Positions 8,327 through 15,920 of a stretch of 49,296 bases of DNA are shown here, piece after piece. Source of the stretch: a bacterium (GTDB taxonomy: Bacteria > Patescibacteriota > Minisyncoccia > Phycocordibacterales > SBAW01); the NCBI GenBank assembly GCA_021839985.1, contig JAKBZO010000002.1, positions 1-49,296 on the forward strand. The letters run 5' to 3'. Position numbers and translations under genes: made by a program. A model generated the notes under the pieces. The model had not been told where the DNA came from, ran no database searches, and saw nothing but the letters and a program-made list of their open reading frames with translations. The stretch's first letter is position 1; every line of letters begins with the position of its first letter.

Positions 8327-8359
8327 ATAGCCATCAAGCGCGCTGCGCTTGATGGCTAT
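8327..8359. terminator. Bidirectional terminator between cysS (+) and the 8381-9043 operon (-)
   Basis: ATAGCCATCAAGCGC-GCT-GCGCTTGATGGCTAT, a 15-bp perfect stem, flanked by an A-run on one side and TGTTTG on the other. Confidence 0.75.
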
Positions 8360-8380
8360 TGTTTGCTGAGCCTCGGTCCT

Positions 8381-8683
8381 TCAATCGGATCCAAAAGACG
8401 TGGTGTCCGGGTGTCGGCGTGTCTCCAGATGGTACCCGTGTTCCAGTGTACGCATGATATCGTTGATGATGAGTTCACCCGTGCCGGGGTTGAAATCTCC
8501 TTCATCGGGAATCACGTCGGCACATGCAACCTTGTTGCCCTGAAGATCGACGACGGTCGAGGGGCGGAAATTTATTCGAGTGTTGTCCGGAATGCCGCTA
8601 ACGCTCCTCAGCGATTCGAGTATGCGTTCGAGGCAGTCCCGCTTATCTTCCCGCTTTATTGTTTCGTTTATCACGATGTACAT
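8381..8683 (-). CDS. Hypothetical protein (100 aa), second gene of an orphan two-gene operon
   Basis: GGGAGGAG lies 4 nt upstream of the ATG. No recognisable motif. Confidence 0.6.
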   Translation of the reverse strand: MYIVINETIKREDKRDCLERILESLRSVSGIPDNTRINFRPSTVVDLQGNKVACADVIPDEGDFNPGTGELIINDIMRTLEHGYHLETRRHPDTTSFGSD

Positions 8684-8692
8684 GTCTCCTCC

Positions 8693-9043
8693 CTAATGCT
8701 TGGTTGCGGAAGACGGATCAAGCGAATACAGATCGCATCCTGCGCGTAAGGGAAGCATACACAGTGCGGACGCTAAAGCTTCGCCGAACCGAACAAGCTC
8801 GTCGAACGGCACGCCGATGACCCACGCCATATCTTCGATCTTGTCTTTGAGGAGCTTCTGCGCCAGTTCGCTCCCCCTCTGCCATTCCTGGGAGAGCGTG
8901 GTGTAGAGAATGACATCGCCGGTGAATAGCGCCAGCGCATTCTTTACAGCGCTCACATCGTCCCTGCCGTAGCAGTTGATGAAATGTTGCGCAAGCAGAA
9001 TGCGTATCCGCCCCATTTCTTCAGCTTTCATGATCATGTCCAT
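8693..9043 (-). CDS. Hypothetical protein (116 aa), first gene of an orphan two-gene operon
   Basis: Start moved to the ATG at 9043 (MDMIMKAEEMG..), which is preceded by AAGGAG with a 6-nt spacer. The ORF-track start at 9208 has no such signal. Confidence 0.55.
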   Translation of the reverse strand: MDMIMKAEEMGRIRILLAQHFINCYGRDDVSAVKNALALFTGDVILYTTLSQEWQRGSELAQKLLKDKIEDMAWVIGVPFDELVRFGEALASALCMLPLRAGCDLYSLDPSSATKH

Positions 9044-9289
9044 GACCCTCTCCTTCTCTTTCGCTGGTTGTTCGATAAGCCGCCTATGCGGCCGCTGGAG
9101 TTCATGTGGAACTTTCTGCGCATTATTAAACCATACGATCATGTTTTGAGCAATACCCCTCCGATCCGCTTGTGGTGGTGGTAGGGGCAGGCGTCCTCGG
9201 TTATCCACCTATTCTTCCACACGAAGGAGCAAAACCAACCGTTTGGCACGTTGCTTGGGTCTCTCTTAGTGCGGTAAGCTGTACCTGTT

Positions 9290-10684
9290 ATGTCGAAGAC
9301 CTCCGTCCAGTCTCTACGCGTTCCGCCCAATTCCGTCGAATCAGAACGCGCGCTCCTCGGTGCGCTCATGATCCGTGCCGATGCGCTCCACGATATCGTC
9401 GACCTGCTTGCACCGGATGCGTTCTATAGCGAAAAGCATCGTATCATCTATCGCACGATGCTTTCGCTGTGGGGCAAGAACGAGCCGATCGATATCGAAT
9501 CGATGCGTGCGAAACTTTCCGATGCAGGACAGCTCGACTCGATCGGTGGCGTGTCGTATCTCGCCGAGCTTGCGACCGACGTGTCGGCCGCCGGCAGTGC
9601 CAAACATTACGCCGGTCTCGTGCAGAAAAAATTCGTTCTGCGTTCGCTCATCGATGCCGGCGAGTATGTCGCGGAACTCGGCTTCGACGAAGCGGGCGAA
9701 CTCGATGGTTCGCTCGACAAGGCAGAGAAAAGGATCTACGAAGTCGCGCATAACTCTTCCCTTTCTAAATTCGTCTCGCTGCGCGAATCGCTTGCCGAAG
9801 CGTGGGCGCGTTTGGAGCATTTGAATGAGCATAAAGATGAAATGCGCGGCGTACCGACCGGCTTCACCGACCTCGACAATCTTCTCGCGGGACTCCAGAA
9901 GTCGGACCTCATCATTCTCGCTGCGCGCCCGTCCATGGGTAAGACCGCGCTCGCGCTGGATATCGCGCGCCAAAGCGCGGTGAAGCATGGCACGGTGGTC
10001 GGTATCTTCTCGCTTGAAATGGCGGCGCAGCAGCTTGTCGATCGTATGGTCGCGGCTGAGGCGCGCGTGAACGCATGGAATCTGCGCACTGGCAACATCC
10101 GTGATGCCGATGACTTCGAACGCATCCGCGATGCCTACGACCGGCTCTCTCAGGCGCCGATCTTCATCGATGATCAGCCGGGCAGCAATGTGCTGAAGAT
10201 GCGCGCGGTGGCGCGCCGCCTCAAGCGCGAGCACGGACTCGGTCTCATCATCGTCGACTACCTGCAGCTCATGGTGCCGACGAACGCGCGCGCGAATGAT
10301 TCGATGGTGCAGCAGGTCACTGAGATCTCGCGCTCGCTGAAGATCCTCGCGCGCGAGCTGGATGTGCCGGTCATCGCGCTCTCGCAGCTTTCGCGTGCGG
10401 TCGAACAGCGCGGCGGCAAGCCTCGTCTCTCCGACTTGCGCGACTCCGGCTCGATCGAACAGGACGCCGACGTGGTGATGTTCATTCATCGCGAAGATAA
10501 GATGAATCGCGAAGCCGAGCACACCAATATCGCCGAGATCATGATCGAGAAGCACCGCAACGGCCCGGTCGGCAAGATCGATCTTTATTACGATGAGAAG
10601 CGCACGACCTTCATGAATGTCGAAAAGAATAAATTCGGAGGTTTTGGCGGCGGTGAAGGCGGCGGTTCATTTACGGAATTCTAA
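9290..10684 (+). CDS. dnaB: Replicative DNA helicase DnaB
   Basis: PPNSVESERALLGA N-domain, Walker A ARPSMGKTA, IIVDYLQLM, LSQLSR and RDSGSIEQDAD. Confidence 0.93.
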   Translation: MSKTSVQSLRVPPNSVESERALLGALMIRADALHDIVDLLAPDAFYSEKHRIIYRTMLSLWGKNEPIDIESMRAKLSDAGQLDSIGGVSYLAELATDVSAAGSAKHYAGLVQKKFVLRSLIDAGEYVAELGFDEAGELDGSLDKAEKRIYEVAHNSSLSKFVSLRESLAEAWARLEHLNEHKDEMRGVPTGFTDLDNLLAGLQKSDLIILAARPSMGKTALALDIARQSAVKHGTVVGIFSLEMAAQQLVDRMVAAEARVNAWNLRTGNIRDADDFERIRDAYDRLSQAPIFIDDQPGSNVLKMRAVARRLKREHGLGLIIVDYLQLMVPTNARANDSMVQQVTEISRSLKILARELDVPVIALSQLSRAVEQRGGKPRLSDLRDSGSIEQDADVVMFIHREDKMNREAEHTNIAEIMIEKHRNGPVGKIDLYYDEKRTTFMNVEKNKFGGFGGGEGGGSFTEF

Positions 10685-10693
10685 TTCAGGATC

Positions 10694-11311
10694 ATGGACC
10701 CCATTGAACGACTCATCATAGCTTTTGAACGCTTTCCCGGTATCGGACCGCGGCAGGCGCGCCGGTTCGTGAGCTTTTTGCTGTCGCAGAATAATGCGGC
10801 GCGCAATGACATCGCCGATAGTATTCGCGCGCTAGGCTCCGCGACGGCGAACTGCTCTCGCTGCTATCGCTGGTTCCTTAAAGATCAAGGCCGTGGCGGT
10901 GTGTGCACAGTATGTGGCGACTTGAGACGTGATGCGAGTGTGCTCATGGTGGTCGAAAAGGAAGCCGACATCGATAATGTGGAGCGTGGCGGCTATCGCG
11001 GCTTATATTTCGTGCTTGGCGGCACTGCGCCGCTTGCGGAGGAACATCCTGAGAAATATATCCGCATGCGCGAGCTCTTTTCGCGCGTCGAGAGCGATAT
11101 CGCCGCAGGGACTCTCAAAGAGATCATCCTTGGGCTTTCCGCGACAACTGAAGGCGATCACACGCGACTCCTCCTCTCTGAAGAGCTGCGGCCGCGCATT
11201 GAGGCGCACTCTGTAGTGGTCTCAACACTCGGGCGTGGTCTCTCAACAGGAAGCGAGCTTGAGTACGCCGATCCGGAGACGATCGCGCAGGCACTACAAG
11301 GAAGGAAGTAG
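10694..11311 (+). CDS. recR: Recombination protein RecR
   Basis: FPGIGPRQA helix-hairpin-helix, C4 zinc finger CSRC..CTVC, and Toprim VVEKEADIDNVER. Confidence 0.92.
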   Translation: MDPIERLIIAFERFPGIGPRQARRFVSFLLSQNNAARNDIADSIRALGSATANCSRCYRWFLKDQGRGGVCTVCGDLRRDASVLMVVEKEADIDNVERGGYRGLYFVLGGTAPLAEEHPEKYIRMRELFSRVESDIAAGTLKEIILGLSATTEGDHTRLLLSEELRPRIEAHSVVVSTLGRGLSTGSELEYADPETIAQALQGRK

Positions 11312-11318
11312 ACGCAAG

Positions 11319-11339
11319 CTTTTAGGTTTTAGCTTGTAG
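11319..11339 (-). repeat. Heptad-phased CTA array H3 (3 units) with no downstream gene on the CTA strand
   Basis: Minus strand CTACAAG CTAAAAC CTAAAAG. Plus-strand TAG at 11323, 11330 and 11337 is in 7-nt register with the recR stop TAG at 11309. Confidence 0.85.
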
Positions 11340-11351
11340 GATAACGCAACC

Positions 11352-11386
11352 AAAAACCCGCGTCGGCAAAGCCGACGCGGGTTTTT
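11352..11386. terminator. Bidirectional rho-independent terminator between recR (+) and rplU (-)
   Basis: AAAAA-CCCGCGTCGGC-AAA-GCCGACGCGGG-TTTTT. Confidence 0.8.
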
Positions 11387-11408
11387 GGTTTCCTAAAAGC
11401 CCCGTCTC

Positions 11409-11765
11409 TTACTTGATCGAAGCAACCTTCACTTCGAAGTATGGCTGACGATGACCGCGGCGCTTGAAGTAGTTGCTCTTGGCTTTGTACTTTACGACCT
11501 CGACCTTCTTGGCGCGAGCGATCTTGAGAATTTCAGCCGAGACCTGTGCGCCCTTGATATATGGTTCACCGATCGTGGTGTCCTTGCCGTTGTCGACGAC
11601 GAGCACCTTGTCGAAGACGACCGTGTCGCCCTCCTTGTGTGCTGCGCGCTTACCATCGACGACCGGAAGCTTGATCTTTTCGACGCGAACAACATCCCCT
11701 TCCTTGACAAGGTATTGTTTTCCTCCCGTTTCGATGATAGCGAATTCCTCTTTCTTGGCTGTCAT
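11409..11765 (-). CDS. rplU: 50S ribosomal protein L21
   Basis: Start at the internal ATG 11765 gives MTAKKEEFAIIETGGKQYLVKEGD.., the canonical L21 N-terminus. The ORF-track extension to 11867 is rejected. Confidence 0.9.
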   Translation of the reverse strand: MTAKKEEFAIIETGGKQYLVKEGDVVRVEKIKLPVVDGKRAAHKEGDTVVFDKVLVVDNGKDTTIGEPYIKGAQVSAEILKIARAKKVEVVKYKAKSNYFKRRGHRQPYFEVKVASIK

Positions 11766-11922
11766 AATGCTCAGTACTATATCCGAAAAAGACTTTATGT
11801 GCAAGTTTTCCGTATCGGGTTTGCTGCGAAAAGATCGCCGTATTTTTCTGCTGAAAAATCGGCTCACTCTCGCACCGTCGTGCTCCGAGAGTCTTTTCGC
11901 CTCAAACCCTCACTCTCGTGGT

Positions 11923-11952
11923 CAAACCAAAACCAAAACCAAAACCAAAACC
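11923..11952. repeat. Hexanucleotide microsatellite (AAAACC)n, ~5 units
   Basis: CAAACC AAAACC AAAACC AAAACC AAAACC, which is GGTTTT repeats on the rplU strand. It lies between the rmuC terminator and the rplU leader. Confidence 0.95.
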
Positions 11953-11961
11953 CACTTTTTC

Positions 11962-11994
11962 AAAAGAAAAAGGAGGCGTCTGCGATACGCCTCC
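11962..11994 (-). terminator. Rho-independent terminator (minus strand), ~155 nt downstream of the rmuC stop
   Basis: Minus strand GGAGGCGT-ATCGCAG-ACGCCTCC followed by TTTTTCTTTT. Confidence 0.65.
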
Positions 11995-12148
11995 CTGAAG
12001 CATGAACTCTGGCCAGGTTTGTCTCCTAGCGTGCAGTCGGCAAGCACCGATCCTTCACGGCACCCTATACCTCACAGTCCAGCGGCACTTCGCAGCAGCC
12101 CTCCTGTGATCTGCACCAACAGCAGAGTCCTCGGGCACAATACCACGC

Positions 12149-13255
12149 CTATTCTTTCCCTTCAAGCAGCGGCTTGTCGATCGTGTCGATCTCGAAGCCG
12201 ACCGCCTGATCGGTGATCTTGAGAATATCCTTGTCCACCTTGCCGAGCTCTTTGTAGCCCGCGTTGAAATGATTAACGGTCGTCGAGAGCGAGGCACCGA
12301 GCTTCTTGTAATAATCCTCGTACGACTTGAGGTGGCGGCCGAGCGCCTCAATGTTCTGTTGGATCTTCTTGAAATTTTCCTCGACCTTGAACGCCTTCAT
12401 ACCGTTGGCGACCATCGAAAGATACGCCATGAACGTGGTCGGCGATGCGATGATGACGCGTTTGTCGCGGTAGGCGTAGTCGATGAGGTTGCGTGCATTA
12501 ACCTTGCCCGGATTCACTTCGCCGACCAGTAGGTCGTAATAGATCGCCTCAGCGGGAATGTACATGAATGCGATCGGTAGCGTGCCATCTTTTTCACGCA
12601 CGTACTTCGCGGTCTCGTCTATGCGTAGCTTGAGGTCGCTCTTGAATTCCTTTTCGAGAGCTTCGCGCTGTTCTTCGCCGACCGCATTCACGAGCCTGGT
12701 ATAATTGTCGAGTGAGAACTTTGCGTCGACCGGAATGATGCCGTCTTTGGTGAAGATCGCCGCGTCGACCACTTCGCCGTTGGGAAATTGATATTGCATT
12801 TGGTATGCCGTGGGCGGCAAGAATCCGCCGAGCACGATCTCGAGCGACGCCTCGCCCCAGTTGCCGCGCTGCTTCTGATGCGTGAGGACCTTTTCGAGAT
12901 TGGCCAGCTGTTCGGCGATCGCGACGAACTTGCTGGTCGCTTCGTTGGTCTTGGTCTGCTCGCGCGCCACCTCGGTGAGCTGGCGCGCCACGAGGTCGCG
13001 GATGTCGCTGGCGAGGCGCTGGCTCTCGCCGAACTGCGTCTTCATCGATTCGAACATCTTTTCGGTTCCCTCACCCATCTTGCGATCGACCAACAGTGCG
13101 AGATCGTTCGTTTGCCGCACCATGTCCTGGAGCTGGTTCTGCAGGAACATGAGCCCTTGTGCGCTCCCGCTCTCCTTAGGTGCGCGCAGGTGCCGCCATA
13201 GAAAAAAGACGGCGACGAGGTTTGCGGCAAGGAGTACAATGATGAGCCATTCCAT
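12149..13255 (-). CDS. rmuC: DNA recombination protein RmuC
   Basis: N-terminal TM (MEWLIIVLLAANLVAVFFLW), a long coiled coil, and the C-terminal RmuC nuclease-like region ..VDAKFSL..YIPAE..VIIASPTT... Start is the ATG at 13255. Confidence 0.85.
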   Translation of the reverse strand: MEWLIIVLLAANLVAVFFLWRHLRAPKESGSAQGLMFLQNQLQDMVRQTNDLALLVDRKMGEGTEKMFESMKTQFGESQRLASDIRDLVARQLTEVAREQTKTNEATSKFVAIAEQLANLEKVLTHQKQRGNWGEASLEIVLGGFLPPTAYQMQYQFPNGEVVDAAIFTKDGIIPVDAKFSLDNYTRLVNAVGEEQREALEKEFKSDLKLRIDETAKYVREKDGTLPIAFMYIPAEAIYYDLLVGEVNPGKVNARNLIDYAYRDKRVIIASPTTFMAYLSMVANGMKAFKVEENFKKIQQNIEALGRHLKSYEDYYKKLGASLSTTVNHFNAGYKELGKVDKDILKITDQAVGFEIDTIDKPLLEGKE

Positions 13256-13302
13256 ATTCTTGATCCGAGATTCTGCCTCTCTTGATTCGATGGTATTATA
13301 GC

Positions 13303-13755
13303 ATGATGACACACCTTGAACTCAAGGAAGCCGTCAAGGACGCGATGAAAGCTCGCGACGAGCGTCGGCTTCTCACTATGCGCGGTCTGCTTGCCGCTGT
13401 TACCAATGAATTAGTTGCTACCGGGCGTAAGCCGACGGAAGAGATGGAGGAAGAAGGCATCACCGCGCTTATTCGCCGCGGTATCAAGCAGCGCAAAGAT
13501 TCGATCGAACAATTTGAAAAGGGCGGCCGCGCCGATCTTGTTGAGAAAGAAAGCGCCGAGCTTGCGATACTTGAGGCGCTCCTCCCTGCTCAGATGCCGC
13601 GCGAAGAGATAGAAACTATTGCACGCGCTAAGATCGCCGAGATGGGTGTTGCGGATAAGTCTAAGGCCGGTCAGGTGGTTGGTATGCTCATGAAGGAGCT
13701 CAAAGGAAAGGCAGATGGTGCATTGGTGAAAGAAGTTGTAGAGAGCATCCTATAA
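13303..13755 (+). CDS. yqeY: GatB/YqeY domain-containing protein
   Basis: LKEAVKDAMKARDERRLLTMRGLLAAV..IKQRKDSIEQFEKGGRADLVEKE..E..ILE..LP is typical of YqeY. Confidence 0.85.
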   Translation: MMTHLELKEAVKDAMKARDERRLLTMRGLLAAVTNELVATGRKPTEEMEEEGITALIRRGIKQRKDSIEQFEKGGRADLVEKESAELAILEALLPAQMPREEIETIARAKIAEMGVADKSKAGQVVGMLMKELKGKADGALVKEVVESIL

Positions 13756-13876
13756 AGCCCGTTTGGAATCGCGAGCATGCCTCGTCTGTTGACAGAACTT
13801 AAAACATATGGAAAAATGGCGTCAGGCAGTACCAAACAACCAACCTTCTAACCCATCTACTTCGCAGGAGGCTTCA

Positions 13877-14287
13877 ATGAGGCACGGAACAGGAGAACGT
13901 CCCGTTCAGCCGGGCGCGATCATCGACCTTGAAGGCATGCCAGACGGCGTGTGTAATGTCACACTCGGCAGTCGCACGTATCAGTTCGGTGTGGATTTTT
14001 CGATCGAGGATCTTCACCACGTCACCATAACCGTTGAGGGCAAGCTGCTGGGATTCACCAAGAACGCGAGAAACGAGATCCACGTGACATCGTTTTCCAA
14101 CGTTAAGGTACATGACGCACTGTTCGACGCGGCACGGAGAGTCGCACGCACGATCTTCGAATTGTCGCCGGATGAAAAGATCCGGTTGGCACCGCAGCCT
14201 CCGAAGACACGGGGCGGCCAGGACGGCTACGCACGCTTCCAGCAGGGCAAGCAAACGCCTCGCGCCGCCAACAAGCAGCAGTTCTAG
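13877..14287 (+). CDS. Hypothetical protein (136 aa), first gene of an orphan two-gene operon
   Basis: AGGAGG at 13866-13871 lies 5 nt upstream of the ATG at 13877. The ORF-track start at 13808 lacks a signal. No recognisable motif. Confidence 0.6.
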   Translation: MRHGTGERPVQPGAIIDLEGMPDGVCNVTLGSRTYQFGVDFSIEDLHHVTITVEGKLLGFTKNARNEIHVTSFSNVKVHDALFDAARRVARTIFELSPDEKIRLAPQPPKTRGGQDGYARFQQGKQTPRAANKQQF

Positions 14288-14302
14288 AAAAGGAGGTGCG
14301 AG

Positions 14303-14692
14303 ATGTCGATCTCGGCGTATGAGATCGACCTTGAACTTAAGAAGGTCGATGACGAACGTCGCAAGCTCTGCGCGCTCGGCGGCAAGAAGTTCGAGCCGTT
14401 GAGTCCCGAAATAGCGCGCACATTCGTGCACCGTCTCTCGGATGAGTATGCACAAGCAAAAAGGGCGAAAGAGAAGAGATCTGGGTGCCAAAGCCTTTTC
14501 GAGCAGATCATGGAAAGGGTACTCAACGATCTCGGTGTGCATATCAGGGAGCGCCGCAGTGCCTACAAGCAGCTCGCGGGAGGTATCTTTGTTCGTCGCA
14601 AGAATGCACGGCAGCAGTGCGGCGTCTCAGACGCTCCAGCGACCACGCGTTCGATCCCTGCGGATGGTTGCCAGTTGCGGTTGATCTACTGA
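14303..14692 (+). CDS. Hypothetical protein (129 aa), second gene of an orphan two-gene operon
   Basis: AGGAGG at 14291-14296 lies 6 nt upstream of the ATG. Basic, helix-rich sequence; no recognisable motif. Confidence 0.6.
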   Translation: MSISAYEIDLELKKVDDERRKLCALGGKKFEPLSPEIARTFVHRLSDEYAQAKRAKEKRSGCQSLFEQIMERVLNDLGVHIRERRSAYKQLAGGIFVRRKNARQQCGVSDAPATTRSIPADGCQLRLIY

Positions 14693-14717
14693 AGTGGGCG
14701 CGGAGATGGAAATACCA

Positions 14718-15341
14718 TCACCGCGCTTTTTCTTTAGCATAAGGCTGGTAGAACTTCCGATCCAACACGAACCGCCATGGTTTACTCGCCCACGTCTCCC
14801 CCGCATATGCCACGCCGATACGGGGCGTTCTTTGGATGTGGGTGCGCGGAATATGAACGCCGCGATCCTCGATCCATACGCCTGAGGCGATGCCGAGCTT
14901 CAGAGTATTTTGTGCGCGGTCGATTGAAAGTGCTTTGGTGAGTCGTGCCGGTCCAGTTATTCCCTCTACGCCGCGAATGAGCACGGCTGATGGATAGCCG
15001 CGTCTTCCGCACACGATGTTGAGCATCCAGTGCATGCCGTAGGTGAAGTAGACATACATCACGCCGGCGTCCCCGAACATGGGCGCGTTGCGCGGCGTCT
15101 CGCCGCGGCTCGCGTGCGATGCTTTGTCGCTAAAACCATCGTACGCCTCGACCTCGGTGATCATGCATGCAGCGGTCTTTCCTTTTATGCGGCGCACGAG
15201 AAACTTGCCGATCAGATTTTGAGCGACTACCGGTGCTGAGCGCTCAAAGAAGACATGGGGTAACCGTTTACCTCTTTGTTTTGCATGGTGTACACAAACA
15301 CTTGTCTTTGGTGATATGTTCGTCAAAGTAATCTTTGCCAT
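14718..15341 (-). CDS. mpg: DNA-3-methyladenine glycosylase (Mpg/AAG family)
   Basis: ..VAQNLIGKFLV.., TEVEAYDG..D.ASHA..G.TPRN.PMFG..G..YVYF.YGMH...N.V. The only in-frame start (ATG 15341) overlaps the SET gene 3' end by 74 nt. Confidence 0.85.
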   Translation of the reverse strand: MAKITLTNISPKTSVCVHHAKQRGKRLPHVFFERSAPVVAQNLIGKFLVRRIKGKTAACMITEVEAYDGFSDKASHASRGETPRNAPMFGDAGVMYVYFTYGMHWMLNIVCGRRGYPSAVLIRGVEGITGPARLTKALSIDRAQNTLKLGIASGVWIEDRGVHIPRTHIQRTPRIGVAYAGETWASKPWRFVLDRKFYQPYAKEKAR

Positions 15342-15708
15342 AATCCCATGTTATTTCATCGCCCGGCTTGATGGCCTTTTTGGCGATCAGGTAGGCGTGG
15401 CCGCGGATCACGTCTGCTTCAGCGTTCGGCTTGCAGGAATGATTCGCATACCGCGCCGTGTTGAGGCGGGTGCTGCCGTCGACCGTTACCCTGCTGTTTA
15501 TCTCAAAGAGATATTTATTCTGCGTGATCACTTCGACCTCTTTGTTGTTCAGGCGCTTGCCGACGTATTCAAGGATCTTCTCGCCTTTCTTGAACGTGTC
15601 TTTCGCGAAGAGGCCAAGACCTGCATACGACTTCCCTGCTTTCACCCGATGCTTATTATTCTCATTCAATTCCGAATAGATATCACTCGATGGTACTGCT
15701 GATGACAT
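15268..15708 (-). CDS. SET-domain protein (putative lysine methyltransferase)
   Basis: RYANHSCKPN and ..GDEITWDYG.. are SET signatures, with a Cys-rich post-SET-like tail CLCTPCK. Confidence 0.85.
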   Translation of the reverse strand: MSSAVPSSDIYSELNENNKHRVKAGKSYAGLGLFAKDTFKKGEKILEYVGKRLNNKEVEVITQNKYLFEINSRVTVDGSTRLNTARYANHSCKPNAEADVIRGHAYLIAKKAIKPGDEITWDYGKDYFDEHITKDKCLCTPCKTKR

Positions 15709-15809
15709 GTCTGCTCACAAAAATTACTGATACAAAGAAATAGTATACCAAGGCGATCCATAAAGTGGAACGTCGAAACGTTCATAGCGCGACTAGGTGT
15801 GACAAAAAA

Positions 15810-15838
15810 TTGAATGGCAGCAATTTTCGTGCTACTGT
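15810..15838 (+). promoter_or_regulatory. Candidate sigma70-type promoter for tRNA-Glu
   Basis: TTGAAT (15810-15815), a 17-nt spacer, then TACTGT (15833-15838), 10 nt before the tRNA 5' end. Confidence 0.3.
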
Positions 15839-15848
15839 GTTGCGTATT

Positions 15849-15920
15849 GGCCCTATCGTCTAACGGTTAGGACAGCGCCCTTTCACGGCGTAAATCGGGG
15901 TTCGATTCCCCGTAGGGTCA
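15849..15920 (+). tRNA. tRNA-Glu (anticodon UUC), CCA not encoded
   Basis: Hand-folded. Acceptor GGCCCTA/TAGGGTC, D arm GTCT-AACGGTTA-GGAC, anticodon arm GCGCC-CUUUCAC-GGCGT, T arm CGGGG-TTCGATT-CCCCG, discriminator A. 72 nt. Confidence 0.9.

Noticed and set aside
11923-11952. CRISPR array (also considered for the heptad arrays and modules M1-M3)
   Set aside because: The repeat units are 6-7 nt with no spacers. The modules are not regularly spaced, and no cas genes are present in the window.
11995-12148. Possible SRP (4.5S) RNA, because of an AGCAGCC element resembling the helix-8 3' strand
   Set aside because: On neither strand could I fold a helix 8 with a closing GNRA-type tetraloop and the matching 5' symmetric-loop strand. 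The similarity is limited to about 7 nt. It is kept only as an unexplained non-coding region.
11473-12216. 247-aa plus-strand ORF spanning the rplU antisense strand, the microsatellite and the terminator
   Set aside because: It runs antisense through rplU and straight through a terminator hairpin and a hexamer repeat. The product is Ser/Thr/Arg-rich and low in complexity.
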